In this document: one piece after another, positions 20,622-30,519 of the stretch
Layout: every line of letters starts with the position of its first letter
How positions within the stretch are numbered: position 1 is the stretch's first letter
Origin: Patescibacteria group bacterium
GTDB taxonomy: Bacteria > Patescibacteriota > Patescibacteriia > 2-01-FULL-39-33
DNA length: 64,000 nt
Assembly: GCA_041650895.1 (NCBI GenBank)
Contig: JBAZKF010000001.1
Coordinates: 701,181-765,180 of the forward strand
Direction: 5' to 3'
The notes under the pieces: generated by a model
What the model was told of the DNA's origin: nothing
The model's database searches: none
The model's input: the letters and a program-made list of their open reading frames with translations, nothing else
Program-made: the position numbers and the translations under genes

Positions 20622-21044
20622 ATGTTCAGAAAAGGACTGAAAATATTGGCTGTTCTTTCGGTGTTGCTGGCGTTGAATACTCCGGCAGTTTTGGCCGCCT
20701 GTACGGCCAAGCCGACCACTGGCCCGTCTTCCTATTTACTCAAAGATATCAGCGTGGACTGTTTTTGTAACGGCGTTTGCGGTCTTTGCGATTTGCTTCA
20801 GGTTGGAATTACCGGCACCAATATGATTTTGTCTCTCTCCGGCATTGTCGCTTTATTGTTGTTTATTTATGGTGGTACTTGGTTTTGGCTGTTGTCTTTC
20901 GGTGATCAGAATAAGATTAAAAAAGGCAAAAGCTTGATGATTAATACGGTTATCGCTTTGGCAATAATTATGGCTGCCTTTACCATAGTTAATTTCTTGT
21001 TTACTTCTTTAGTCGGTAGTTCTTTTGGAACCACTTGCGGTTAA
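20622..21044 (+). CDS. TrbC/VirB2-like (T4SS-pilin-type) small membrane protein, paralog 1, with extra Cys-rich N-terminal module
   Basis: Signal peptide plus two hydrophobic helices separated by a KKGK loop (LLFIYGGTWFWLLSFGDQNKIKKGKSLMINTVIALAII); TGTTATAAT -10 box 6 nt upstream of the ATG. Confidence 0.55.
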   Translation: MFRKGLKILAVLSVLLALNTPAVLAACTAKPTTGPSSYLLKDISVDCFCNGVCGLCDLLQVGITGTNMILSLSGIVALLLFIYGGTWFWLLSFGDQNKIKKGKSLMINTVIALAIIMAAFTIVNFLFTSLVGSSFGTTCG

Positions 21045-21054
21045 TAGTAATTTT

Positions 21055-21396
21055 ATGAAAAACTTTTTTAAGACAACACTGTTACTTTTGTTTCTGGCTG
21101 CCGCGCCGTTTTCAGTTTACGCCGTTCAATTGGTTGATCCGTTGAATCTGCCGCCAGGCGAGCCGATTCCCGCCTTGGCCGCTCGGTTGATTAATGCGCT
21201 TTTAGGCTTAGTCGGCATTGCCGCTCTCTTATCCTTTATTTACGGTGGCATATTATGGATGACTGCCGGTATTAGTGCCGATAACGTCAAGAAAGGTAAA
21301 ACCGTCATGATTTGGGCGGTCGCTGGACTACTGGTAATTTTTTCTTCTTACGCCGTTGTTACTTATATTTTCAGTATCTTGGTTCCTACCAGTTAA
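21055..21396 (+). CDS. TrbC/VirB2-like pilin-type protein, paralog 2
   Basis: LLSFIYGGILWMTAGISADNVKKGKTVMIWAVAGLLVIFSSYAV. Confidence 0.55.
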   Translation: MKNFFKTTLLLLFLAAAPFSVYAVQLVDPLNLPPGEPIPALAARLINALLGLVGIAALLSFIYGGILWMTAGISADNVKKGKTVMIWAVAGLLVIFSSYAVVTYIFSILVPTS

Positions 21397-21536
21397 GGAG
21401 TAAAGGAATTCAATATAAATAGTGCTCTAAAATAATAATTTAAATTTTGCTTTTGTCGGGTAAAGTATTGCGATGTCGCAGCTGCGATCACAATCAAAAA
21501 TTTGACGATTGCAAGCACGGAAGGGAGGTGACAAGA

Positions 21537-21935
21537 ATGAAAAAAACTTTAAAGAAATTATTGGCCTCCATATTGGTTGTTGTGGCCATGTCCATGTTCG
21601 CTTTGCCGGTGTTGGTCAGCGCGCAAGAGGACGTCCAAAGCATTGACTTGGATCTTATAGCCAGTACGGCCGGAATTGAACAGGGAAACCTCAACAGCAT
21701 TATTGGCGGTATCCTGAATGTGGCCATGGGATTTTTGGGTGTTATTGCGGTTTTGATCATCCTTTATGGTGGTTTTATCTGGATGACTGCCGGTGGCGAA
21801 CAAGATAAGGTGGACAAAGCCAAGAAAATGATTTATGCCGGTATTATCGGTTTGGTCATTATTTTTGCCGCTTACGCCATTGCCATGTTTGTCATGAGTA
21901 ATCTGCGATCAATTGTCGGTAATACTGGAGTTTAG
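21537..21935 (+). CDS. TrbC/VirB2-like pilin-type protein, paralog 3
   Basis: RBS GGGAGGTG; VLIILYGGFIWMTAGGEQDKVDKAKKMIYAGIIGLVIIFAAYAI. Confidence 0.55.
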   Translation: MKKTLKKLLASILVVVAMSMFALPVLVSAQEDVQSIDLDLIASTAGIEQGNLNSIIGGILNVAMGFLGVIAVLIILYGGFIWMTAGGEQDKVDKAKKMIYAGIIGLVIIFAAYAIAMFVMSNLRSIVGNTGV

Positions 21936-22008
21936 TCAAAATTATTTTCTCCCCTTAGGGGGAGATTAGGAGATGATAAAATATTTTGTGATCTGCTAAT
22001 TTCTTCTT

Positions 22009-22467
22009 ATGAAAAAGACTCTTAAAATTTCAATTCTTACATTATTCATCTTTACTATTTTTGCCGTTTCTCCGGTTATGGCGCAGGTCCAGGAGGGCTT
22101 GACTAATCTGGGCAGTGTCGGCCAGGATACCGGACTTAAAGTAATCGGTGGAGGGAGCTTGCCGACGATTGTCGGCGGAGTGGTGCAGGCGGTTTTGGGT
22201 ATTTTGGGCACTTTGTTGGTTTTACTTTTGATTTACGCCGGCTTTATCTGGATGACGGCGCAAGGCAATGAGAAAAAGGTGGATGAAGCCAAGAAAATGA
22301 TTTATAATGCCGTTATCGGTCTGGCTATTGTCGCCGGTGCTTGGGCGATCACTTCTTTCGTTTTGGATCAGTTGCAACGGGCCGGATCAGGCAGTCAAGC
22401 AATTACTTCGCAACAAGTCAAGGGTTCGCCGACCAATCCAGATGATATTACTTACGATTGGGGTTAG
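22009..22467 (+). CDS. TrbC/VirB2-like pilin-type protein, paralog 4 (C-terminal extension)
   Basis: LLLIYAGFIWMTAQGNEKKVDEAKKMIYNAVIGLAIVAGAWAI. Confidence 0.55.
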   Translation: MKKTLKISILTLFIFTIFAVSPVMAQVQEGLTNLGSVGQDTGLKVIGGGSLPTIVGGVVQAVLGILGTLLVLLLIYAGFIWMTAQGNEKKVDEAKKMIYNAVIGLAIVAGAWAITSFVLDQLQRAGSGSQAITSQQVKGSPTNPDDITYDWG

Positions 22468-22513
22468 AGCCGCAGCTTAAAAAGTTAGTATTAAAATAAT
22501 TAAAATAAAAATT

Positions 22514-22891
22514 ATGAAAAAAATGATTAAAAAAATCGGCCAACAGGGCATAGCTCTGGCTTTGTCCGCAATGGCTTTGTCCGTGCCGCTAATCGTCCGC
22601 GCCGTTGAATTCAGGACATTCCTTGGTGAGACTGGATTAGAAAGTCAATTCGGCAGTGGTGATTTGATGCCAATGATTGGGACAGCAATCAGTATTATCT
22701 TGGGTGTTTTGGGAGTGATTCTGGTTTTGATTGTTATTTATGCCGGCTTCTGGTGGATGACGGCTCAAGGTGATGAAAAGAAAGTAGAGAAGGCCAAGAA
22801 AATGATCTATAATGCTATTATCGGGTTGGTTATTATTTTTGCCGCTTACGCCATAACTAATTTTGTTTTGGATCAGTTGGAAAGCATATAA
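22514..22891 (+). CDS. TrbC/VirB2-like pilin-type protein, paralog 5
   Basis: LIVIYAGFWWMTAQGDEKKVEKAKKMIYNAIIGLVIIFAAYAI; followed by terminator 22910-22946. Confidence 0.55.
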   Translation: MKKMIKKIGQQGIALALSAMALSVPLIVRAVEFRTFLGETGLESQFGSGDLMPMIGTAISIILGVLGVILVLIVIYAGFWWMTAQGDEKKVEKAKKMIYNAIIGLVIIFAAYAITNFVLDQLESI

Positions 22892-22981
22892 AAGAAAATT
22901 TCAATTAATAAAACCGATTCGGCTAACCGAGTCGGTTTTATTTTTGTTTATGGGTTGCCGGCCATCGTCGGTTAGCCAAAG

Positions 22982-24034
22982 TTATCTTTCCAATTCTTTT
23001 TTGAAAAAGTCCACCCATGGTATTTGCGCCGGGTTGACGTCGTTTAACATGGCCAGGTAAAAACTGAGCCAACTGCCCCGAGCCAGGGTTTCCAGAGCCG
23101 ATAGCCATTTGTCGTTAGCCGTTGATTCCAGAGTTAGATGTTTTATTCCCAGTTTATCCAAGACTTTTTTCGTGACTATTATTCTTTTACTGATTCGGAG
23201 ACTGTAAGTGGCGGAAGATAAGAATAAGACGGTGGTGTTTTTGGCGACTGGTTTGGGTAACGCCAGCGCTTCTAAGAAATGATGGTTGAGTTCGGGAATG
23301 GCATACGGGTGAGCCAACTGTTTGGCGCTTTCATTGAATTGATTGGCCAGGATATGCGCATTAGGAGCTAAATGCTCGGCGCCGAAAATTAAAATTTGCT
23401 TGCCGGACAGTTGCCGGGCTAAAGTTTTTGCCGGATTGTTTCTGGCGGGGATAACTGGCATCAGGGTCTGGCCGAGTTTTGCCAGAAATACTGCGGCAGA
23501 ATCAATATCTGCCTCAATGGTGGTAAAATTTTTCAGGACTGTCAGAGATGCGCCTAACTGTGAGCCGATATCATAGCGCGGTTGGCGCGAAGGATTAAAT
23601 TCGGGATTTAGATTGAAAAGAGGCAAGCGGTTTCTTTTGGCTAAGGCCGATAATTCTCCGCCGGAAGAAATAACCACAATTTTGGATTTGATTTTGACTG
23701 CTGTTTTCAGACAGAAGATCATTTCTTCGGTATTGCCGGAGTAACTGTCTATTATAACTAAAGTGTCTTTGTCTACGAAAGCCGGCAAATTATAGTTGCG
23801 GACCAGGGTGAAAGGCAATTGAAAAGGAAAAATTGCCCGTAACATTTCCGAAGCTAAGTTGGATCCGCCCATACCGCAGAATACAATGGCTTTAGCTTTT
23901 AAGTGACTGGCCGGTAACTTGAATTTCCCCCCTGCTTGCCAACTTAGAGCCAGTTGTTTCGGTAGATTGGCGATAGACTCGGCAACTTGGTTTTTGTCCC
24001 GCGATCTGATAGCTTTTAAATTATCCAAATTCAT
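22982..24034 (-). CDS. Bifunctional phosphoglucose/phosphomannose isomerase (SIS-domain, archaeal-type PGI/PMI)
   Basis: 350 aa, two SIS-like halves (VFCGMGGSNLASEM...; ILIFGAEHLAPNAHI). Confidence 0.65.
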   Translation of the reverse strand: MNLDNLKAIRSRDKNQVAESIANLPKQLALSWQAGGKFKLPASHLKAKAIVFCGMGGSNLASEMLRAIFPFQLPFTLVRNYNLPAFVDKDTLVIIDSYSGNTEEMIFCLKTAVKIKSKIVVISSGGELSALAKRNRLPLFNLNPEFNPSRQPRYDIGSQLGASLTVLKNFTTIEADIDSAAVFLAKLGQTLMPVIPARNNPAKTLARQLSGKQILIFGAEHLAPNAHILANQFNESAKQLAHPYAIPELNHHFLEALALPKPVAKNTTVLFLSSATYSLRISKRIIVTKKVLDKLGIKHLTLESTANDKWLSALETLARGSWLSFYLAMLNDVNPAQIPWVDFFKKELER

Positions 24035-24150
24035 ATGATTTATAATTTATAATTTTTATTATCTGTCAAGCATTATGAATTATATGCCATTAATTATACC
24101 ATATTTGACAAGAATCGCTAATTCCGTTAAGATAAGCAATTGACTTTACT

Positions 24151-25101
24151 ATGTTAGACGGAGCATTTAAACAAATTGATCGCTTAATTCTGCAGGCTGA
24201 CAGAATACTTCTGGTTGGTCATCAGCGCCCCGACCAAGATACTCTGGGGTCGGTTTTAAGTTTAGCCTTGTATTTAGAGTCCCTAGGCAAGGACTATGTT
24301 TTGTATACGCCCGATCCGGTGCCGGGTTCCTTGAACTACCTGCCTAAGATAGATGAAATAATTAATGACCGGGATGTTCTTAAGCGGCCTTGGGATTTGA
24401 TTGTATTTTTGGATTGCGCTAATTTGGCTATGGCCAAAATGACTGCTGATGACTTGGCGGGAGTAACAACGGCTTCATTCGATCATCATGCTTCCAATCC
24501 CGGTTATGCTTCAATTAATGCTATTGATGCTTCAGCCAGTTCCGCTTGCGAGATAGTTTACAAGTTTTTCAAAACTATCGGCTTATGCTTAGATCGGCGT
24601 ATCGCCACTTGCTTACTATCCGGCATTATTAGTGATACCTCCGGTTTTGCTAATTCCGCCACTAACTCCGAGGCCGTAATTATCGCTTCAGAGCTTATTA
24701 AATATGGCGTTAAAATCAATCAATTATTCGCTTTCGCCATACAAAACAAAACCATCGGCGGTTTGCGGTTGTGGGGGGAAGCTTTGTCGCGGTTAATGAT
24801 CAATCAGGAGTTGGGCGTAGCTTTCACTTATATTAAAGACGATGATTTGCGCCGGTACCGGATTCAGGAAGAAGAAGTGGAAGGACTGTCCAATTTCTTA
24901 AATGTTATCACTGATGTTTCCGCTACTGTTGTTTTTCGATTGTCCTCCAGAGAAGTCAAAGCTAGTTGGCGCACCAAGCGCGATGATGTGGATTTGGCCT
25001 CCTTTTGCCGTTTGTTCGGCGGCGGCGGACACAAGAAAGCCGCCGGTTTTACGGTTCCTTGGCAGGTGGTGGAAAAAAATGGGAAGTTAATTGTTTTGTA
25101 A
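24151..25101 (+). CDS. nrnA: DHH-family phosphoesterase (NrnA-like oligoribonuclease/pAp phosphatase)
   Basis: DHH motif region [14 protein letters not shown]...DHHASN, C-terminal DHHA1 [10 protein letters not shown]. Confidence 0.8.
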   Translation: MLDGAFKQIDRLILQADRILLVGHQRPDQDTLGSVLSLALYLESLGKDYVLYTPDPVPGSLNYLPKIDEIINDRDVLKRPWDLIVFLDCANLAMAKMTADDLAGVTTASFDHHASNPGYASINAIDASASSACEIVYKFFKTIGLCLDRRIATCLLSGIISDTSGFANSATNSEAVIIASELIKYGVKINQLFAFAIQNKTIGGLRLWGEALSRLMINQELGVAFTYIKDDDLRRYRIQEEEVEGLSNFLNVITDVSATVVFRLSSREVKASWRTKRDDVDLASFCRLFGGGGHKKAAGFTVPWQVVEKNGKLIVL

Positions 25102-25150
25102 CAAAAATTATAGTAAGATAAGGTTGTTGTCTATTAATTATTCCTATCAT

Positions 25151-25729
25151 ATGTATCTAATTCCTACTGTAATAGAAAAAAGTTCCTTGGGTGAACGGGC
25201 TTACGATATTTATTCACGCTTACTTAAAGATCGGATTATTTTTTTGGGCGCGCCTATTGATGATGCCCTGGCTAATACCATTATTGCCCAATTATTATTT
25301 TTGGACAATCAGGATGACAAGTCGGATATTAAAGTTTATATTAATTCTCCGGGCGGTTCGGTTTCGGCCGGCTTGGCGATCTATGATACTATGCAGCATA
25401 TCAAAGCTGACGTTTCCACTATTTGCGTCGGCACCGCCGCCTCCATGTCTGCGATAATCTTGGCCGGTGGTGCCAAGGACAAACGCTTGGCTCTGCCTAA
25501 TTCAGAAATCATGATTCATCAAGTGATGGGCGGGGCTGAAGGGCAAGCGACCGATATTAAGATTCGCGCCGAACATATCCTGAAAGTCAAGAATAAGCTG
25601 GATAAGATTCTGACCGATCATACCAACCGTACTTTGTTGCAGATTGAAAAAGACACGGATCGCGACTATTATATGTCGCCGGATGAAGCCTTGGAGTATG
25701 GCTTGATTGACAAGGTGATAAGACAATAA
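25151..25729 (+). CDS. clpP: ATP-dependent Clp protease proteolytic subunit
   Basis: [15 protein letters not shown], catalytic Ser in GTAASM, His in MIHQ; start taken at MYLIPTVIE. Confidence 0.9.
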   Translation: MYLIPTVIEKSSLGERAYDIYSRLLKDRIIFLGAPIDDALANTIIAQLLFLDNQDDKSDIKVYINSPGGSVSAGLAIYDTMQHIKADVSTICVGTAASMSAIILAGGAKDKRLALPNSEIMIHQVMGGAEGQATDIKIRAEHILKVKNKLDKILTDHTNRTLLQIEKDTDRDYYMSPDEALEYGLIDKVIRQ

Positions 25730-26043
25730 TTACCGAAAAGCTTAGGAAAAACAGCCGGATTGACCCGCAACTGTTTTTGTGATAGAATAGTATTAGATAA
25801 TTAATAAGAATTAAGTGTTCGGGTGGAATCTTGTTGGCTTGGAGAAAGACGAATTTTATCTAATTTTGCTAATACTTTTGTGAAAATCTCGTATTTTAAA
25901 CGGGCGAAAAAAATGAAATAGGATGATTATTAGGCGGGCTTATCCGTCTTTTTCCCATTTGTCCGTTATTTACGATTAACTCGTCTTTTGCCTAATTTAA
26001 GTGAAGTCAGCAGGTTTCTCCCTACCATTATAGAAGGAGAAAT

Positions 26044-27570
26044 ATGGAAATCATTATTTCAGGTATCATCGCTTTTTTGACATTACTTGTCGGTTTTGGC
26101 GGTGGCTACCTTATGCGCAAGAACTGGGCGCAAAAAAGAAAAGACAGTTTGGAATCAAAAATTGAAAAAATGCTGATTGAGGCCAAAGCCAAGCAGAAAG
26201 AGCTTGTCTTGGCCGCTCAGGAAAAATCTTTAAAAATTATTGATGAAGCGAAGGTTGAAGCTAAACAGGTGAAGGTGGAAATGGACAGTGCTAAATCCAG
26301 GTTGGAGAAGCGCGAAACCATGTTTGATCAGAAAATTCTGGATTTGGAAAATCAGAAAGCCGGTTTAGCCGACAAGGCCGACAAGATCAATAAGACTAAG
26401 GAAGAAATTCAGAAAATCAGAGAAGACCAGTTGGCCAAATTGGAAAAGATTGCCGGCTTAACCAAAGCCGAAGCGGAAAAGGTGCTTTTGGAGAATGCTG
26501 AACGCATGATTGCCGATAATTTGGTTAATCGCATTAAAAAATTGGAAAATGAAGCCAGTGATGAATTGGAAAGGAAGGCTAAAGGGCTATTGGCTACCGT
26601 GATCGAGCGTTGCGCTTCCAGTCATGCCGCAGAAACGACTTCTTCGGTTGTGGATATACCTAACGATGAGATGAAGGGACGCATTATCGGTCGCGAAGGC
26701 AGGAATATTAAGACTATTGAGCAATTGACCGGCGTAGAAATCATTATTGATGATACGCCACAGGCGATTACTTTGTCGTCTTTTTCTCCGATTCGCCGCC
26801 AAGTTGCTAAGAAAGCGATTGAGAAATTGATTTTTGACGGTCGTATCCACCCGGCCCGCATTGAAGAAACCATTAAAGAGGCCAAGCAAGATTTGGCTAT
26901 TGACATTAAGAAGGCCGGCGAAGCCACGGTTTATGAGTTGGGTATTACTGGTCTGGATCCGAAGTTAGTGCAAATTCTGGGTCGCTTAAAATATCGCACC
27001 TCTTACGGTCAAAATATTTTGAACCATTCAGCAGAGGTGGCCAATCTATCAGCGTTATTGGCTGAGGAGTTGGGCGCTAATGTGGCTGTGGCCAAGAAGG
27101 CCGGGTTACTGCATGATATCGGCAAGGCCGTAGATCATGAAGTCCAAGGCACACATCCGGAAATTGGTCGGGACATCTGTAAGAAGTTTGGTATTACCGA
27201 GGATATTATCGCTCCCGTGTTCGAACATCACAATGATAAGCCATCTACTTTCGAAGGTATTATTGTCAAGGTTGCCGACGCTATTTCCGGCGCACGATTG
27301 GGTGCTCGTAAAGACAGTTATGAGAATTATCTCCAGCGCTTGGACGAACTGGAAAAGATCGCTCTTGGTTTCCCCGGCATTGACAAGGCCTATGCTATTC
27401 AGGCCGGCCGTGAAGTGCGCGTGTTTGTTACACCGGACGAGATTGACGATCTAGGCGCAGTTAAAATGGCCAAGGATATTGCCGAGAAGATTGAAGCCGA
27501 ATTAAAGTATCCCGGAGAAATTAAGGTCAATGTCATTCGCGAAAAACGTGTGACCGAATACGCCAGATAA
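26044..27570 (+). CDS. rny: Ribonuclease Y
   Basis: N-terminal TM, coiled coil, KH domain (GRIIGREGRNIKTIEQLTGVEIIID), HD domain (LLHDIGKAVDHE); ~300-nt leader upstream. Confidence 0.9.
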   Translation: MEIIISGIIAFLTLLVGFGGGYLMRKNWAQKRKDSLESKIEKMLIEAKAKQKELVLAAQEKSLKIIDEAKVEAKQVKVEMDSAKSRLEKRETMFDQKILDLENQKAGLADKADKINKTKEEIQKIREDQLAKLEKIAGLTKAEAEKVLLENAERMIADNLVNRIKKLENEASDELERKAKGLLATVIERCASSHAAETTSSVVDIPNDEMKGRIIGREGRNIKTIEQLTGVEIIIDDTPQAITLSSFSPIRRQVAKKAIEKLIFDGRIHPARIEETIKEAKQDLAIDIKKAGEATVYELGITGLDPKLVQILGRLKYRTSYGQNILNHSAEVANLSALLAEELGANVAVAKKAGLLHDIGKAVDHEVQGTHPEIGRDICKKFGITEDIIAPVFEHHNDKPSTFEGIIVKVADAISGARLGARKDSYENYLQRLDELEKIALGFPGIDKAYAIQAGREVRVFVTPDEIDDLGAVKMAKDIAEKIEAELKYPGEIKVNVIREKRVTEYAR

Positions 27571-27700
27571 AGTAATTTGCGATTAATAATTAAAATTTTA
27601 ACTTTAGGTTTTTCACTTACTTTGTCGTGTTTAGAGTGGCAATGATCATTGCTATCCTGAATAGAGTGAACGATCTATAGTCTATAATCTTAACAAAAAT

Positions 27701-28261
27701 ATGCTGTTAAACATCTTATGGATCGTCCTGATTGTGATAGCCGTGGCAGTTATTGCTGTCGTATTGCTATACAACGGATTGATTCGCGCCAACAATCGTG
27801 CCAAAGAAGCCTGGTCGGACATCGATGTCCAACTCAAGCGTCGTTATGATTTGATTCCCAATTTAATTGAGACGGTCAAAGGTTACGCCGCCCACGAACA
27901 GGCGACTTTGCAAAAAGTCATTGAAGCTAGAAATACGGCAATGGCTAGCGGCGACGGTTTGGCCGCCAAAGCTAAGGCCGAAGGCGAGCTTTCCAATACT
28001 CTGAAATCAATTTTTGCCTTGGCGGAAAGCTACCCCGACTTGAAAGCTAATCAGAATTTCTTAAAGTTACAGGAAGAGTTGTCTGATACAGAAAACAAGA
28101 TCCAAGCCGCCCGTAGATTCTATAATGGCAATGTCCGCGACTTTAACACCAAAATCGAAGTTTTTCCCAATAACTTGATCAATCAATTGCTCAAGTTCAA
28201 AAAGTATGACTTTTTTGAAGCCGGAGAAGCGGAAAAACAGAATGTAGAGGTTAAATTTTAA
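27701..28261 (+). CDS. lemA: LemA-family protein
   Basis: N-terminal TM plus WSDIDVQLKRRYDLIPNL...ESYPDLKAN. Confidence 0.85.
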   Translation: MLLNILWIVLIVIAVAVIAVVLLYNGLIRANNRAKEAWSDIDVQLKRRYDLIPNLIETVKGYAAHEQATLQKVIEARNTAMASGDGLAAKAKAEGELSNTLKSIFALAESYPDLKANQNFLKLQEELSDTENKIQAARRFYNGNVRDFNTKIEVFPNNLINQLLKFKKYDFFEAGEAEKQNVEVKF

Positions 28262-28387
28262 ATCAAATTGTCACTAAAAAAAGCAAGGCTGTAACGCCTT
28301 GCTTTTTTGTTGGCAATATGATAAAAATAAGCCAGCACTTTTATAATTTATCGATAACAGATCGGACAACCAACAGGAGGAATAGTC

Positions 28388-29470
28388 ATGCATAGTCGCG
28401 CTGGCATTATGAGGATAACCACCGCTGAAGCGGCTGAAGCCGGGACTGAAGGTGAATTGACTGAGGCGATAGTCGACGATTGCCAGGAGATTGCTGTTGT
28501 CAATCCGGAAGCGGTGGAAAAACTCGCTGTTTATTTGAAAAGTTTGCCACCGGACGGTGATTTATTGAATTTTTACAGTTTCTACAATGCCCAAGGCGAA
28601 GAGATTATCGCTAGTGGCATGTACCCGCCGCTTAATCATCCGGCGACCGTGGATTTCTTTTTTTATGTCTGTTCCCAGCAGTTCGGTTTTTGGTATGGCG
28701 ATTGCGACGGTTACAGCGAACCTCTTTGGGGTACCTTAAACGGTAAGAGAATCAAAGGGTCGGGTTTGTTGTGGCAGTTGGCTAAAAAGGCGTTGGATAA
28801 TGACCCTAACTTTTTCAAGCCAATTAATTTGGCCTCTTTGTCGCCTGACGGTTTCGTAAAGTTTCTAAGTGATGACAACGGCCCGGTGCCTTTTCCAGAT
28901 TGGGAAATCAGGTACATCCTGACCACCGCGTATGGGCGTTCCTTTTTTAAACTTCCCAGGGTTTTTGAAACGCCGCTTGATATTATTGAGCAACATCCGA
29001 AATTATTAGAATTTGTTAATTTTTTGACTTTGAACGTTTCCGGCTTTAGCGATCCGTTCACTAAGAAAGCTATGTTATTAGCCATGGCCCTGGCCAATCG
29101 CCCAGAACATTTTTTTAAGATCAATCCGGATAGTCCGCAATGGCGTCCAATAGTTGATTACCATTTGATGCGTTTGGCTTTACGTTTCGGTTTGGTGGAC
29201 CTGGATGATCGTTGGGTTGACCGTATCAGTTGCCGTTCTTGGGTTGACTCTACTACTGAGCGTGCAATCAGGTTGGCGGTTTATGACGCAGTTGAACGGG
29301 TGATTGATTTTTCTGGTCGATCCATGGCCGAAGTTGATAAGTTTATGTGGTCAGCGCGTAAATATTGTCCGGAAGAGGAGTCGCCTCAATGCAATAAGTG
29401 TCTCTTGGAGGGGATCTGCCAGCAACGGACAGAGCTGTTTCAGCCGGTTCTTCGCACCACGGCTTATTAG
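28388..29470 (+). CDS. Hypothetical protein with C-terminal Endo III-like [4Fe-4S] Cys motif (Cx7Cx2Cx5C); possible DUF2419/Qng1-like or HhH-GPD-related
   Basis: Strong RBS AGGAGG; FW-containing block LNHPATVDFFFYVCSQQFGFWYG; C-terminal CPEEESPQCNKCLLEGIC. Confidence 0.35.
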   Translation: MHSRAGIMRITTAEAAEAGTEGELTEAIVDDCQEIAVVNPEAVEKLAVYLKSLPPDGDLLNFYSFYNAQGEEIIASGMYPPLNHPATVDFFFYVCSQQFGFWYGDCDGYSEPLWGTLNGKRIKGSGLLWQLAKKALDNDPNFFKPINLASLSPDGFVKFLSDDNGPVPFPDWEIRYILTTAYGRSFFKLPRVFETPLDIIEQHPKLLEFVNFLTLNVSGFSDPFTKKAMLLAMALANRPEHFFKINPDSPQWRPIVDYHLMRLALRFGLVDLDDRWVDRISCRSWVDSTTERAIRLAVYDAVERVIDFSGRSMAEVDKFMWSARKYCPEEESPQCNKCLLEGICQQRTELFQPVLRTTAY

Positions 29471-29556
29471 TTCTCCTGCCCCGAAACTTTTCGGGGCTTT
29501 ATTTTTTGGCTCAATTTTGTTAAAATAAGGATGATGGATTTTATAAATTAAAATTT

Positions 29557-30441
29557 ATGTATAATCAAATAGATTCCAATAAACGCCGTACCTGGCTGTT
29601 AATAATTATTTTTACCGCGGTCATACTGTTTATCGGTTGGTTTATCGGTTATTATTTTAATTACGGCTATGGCACGTTGGTTATTGCGGCTGTTTTTTCT
29701 GTGGTTATGTCTTTATTCAGTTACTATGGCGGAGATCAAGTGGCTTTATGGTCAGCCAAGGCCCAGGAGATAAAAGAGGAAGACAATACTTATGTCTATC
29801 ATTTGGTGGAAAATCTTTGCATTACGGCCGGCATCCCTTTACCAAAAATATATTTAATGCCGGAGCAAGCCATCAATGCTTTTGCCACCGGACGCGATCC
29901 TGCTCATGCTTCCATCGCTTTGACTGTCGGCGCAGTCAATAAGTTAAGCAAATTGGAGTTGGAGGGAGTGATTGCTCATGAGTTGTCTCACATTAAGAAT
30001 TATGACATTAGATTAATGACTATTGTTATTGTTCTGGTCGGCATAATCTCTCTTTTAGCCAATTGGTTTTTACGCGGTTCATTGTTCGGCCGAGGCAGGA
30101 GCGATAATGACCGCGGTAATCCCGCTCTGTTGATTATCGGGATTATTTTGATTTTACTTTCTCCGCTGGTTGCCCAGTTGATAAAACTGGCGATTTCTCG
30201 ACGCCGCGAATATTTGGCTGATGCTTCCGGCGCCTTATTGACGCGTTATCCCGAAGGCTTAGCCGGCGCCTTGGAAAAAATCGCTAACGATCAGTCAGTA
30301 ATGTCTTCCGCTTCTTCAGCCACGGCGCATCTATATATTGCTAACCCCCTTAAGAATTCCAGACGACTTTTTGCCAACGCTTTTTCCACTCATCCGCCCG
30401 TGGAAGATCGGATAAGTAAATTAAAAGAAATGACTGTTTAA
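29557..30441 (+). CDS. htpX: Zinc metalloprotease HtpX homolog (M48)
   Basis: HELSHIKNYD (HExxH), 4 TM, ...EYLADASGA. Confidence 0.85.
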   Translation: MYNQIDSNKRRTWLLIIIFTAVILFIGWFIGYYFNYGYGTLVIAAVFSVVMSLFSYYGGDQVALWSAKAQEIKEEDNTYVYHLVENLCITAGIPLPKIYLMPEQAINAFATGRDPAHASIALTVGAVNKLSKLELEGVIAHELSHIKNYDIRLMTIVIVLVGIISLLANWFLRGSLFGRGRSDNDRGNPALLIIGIILILLSPLVAQLIKLAISRRREYLADASGALLTRYPEGLAGALEKIANDQSVMSSASSATAHLYIANPLKNSRRLFANAFSTHPPVEDRISKLKEMTV

Positions 30442-30519
30442 CTTATAACTTGCAAGAAGGTTGGCCGTAAAAGTTAATGATTCAACAGTCGCCAGTCAAA
30501 ATTAATTTTAAGATTTACT

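Noticed and set aside
22863-23060. 65-aa plus-strand ORF
   Set aside because: Spans the pilin-array terminator and the 3' end of the convergent PGI/PMI gene; no RBS.
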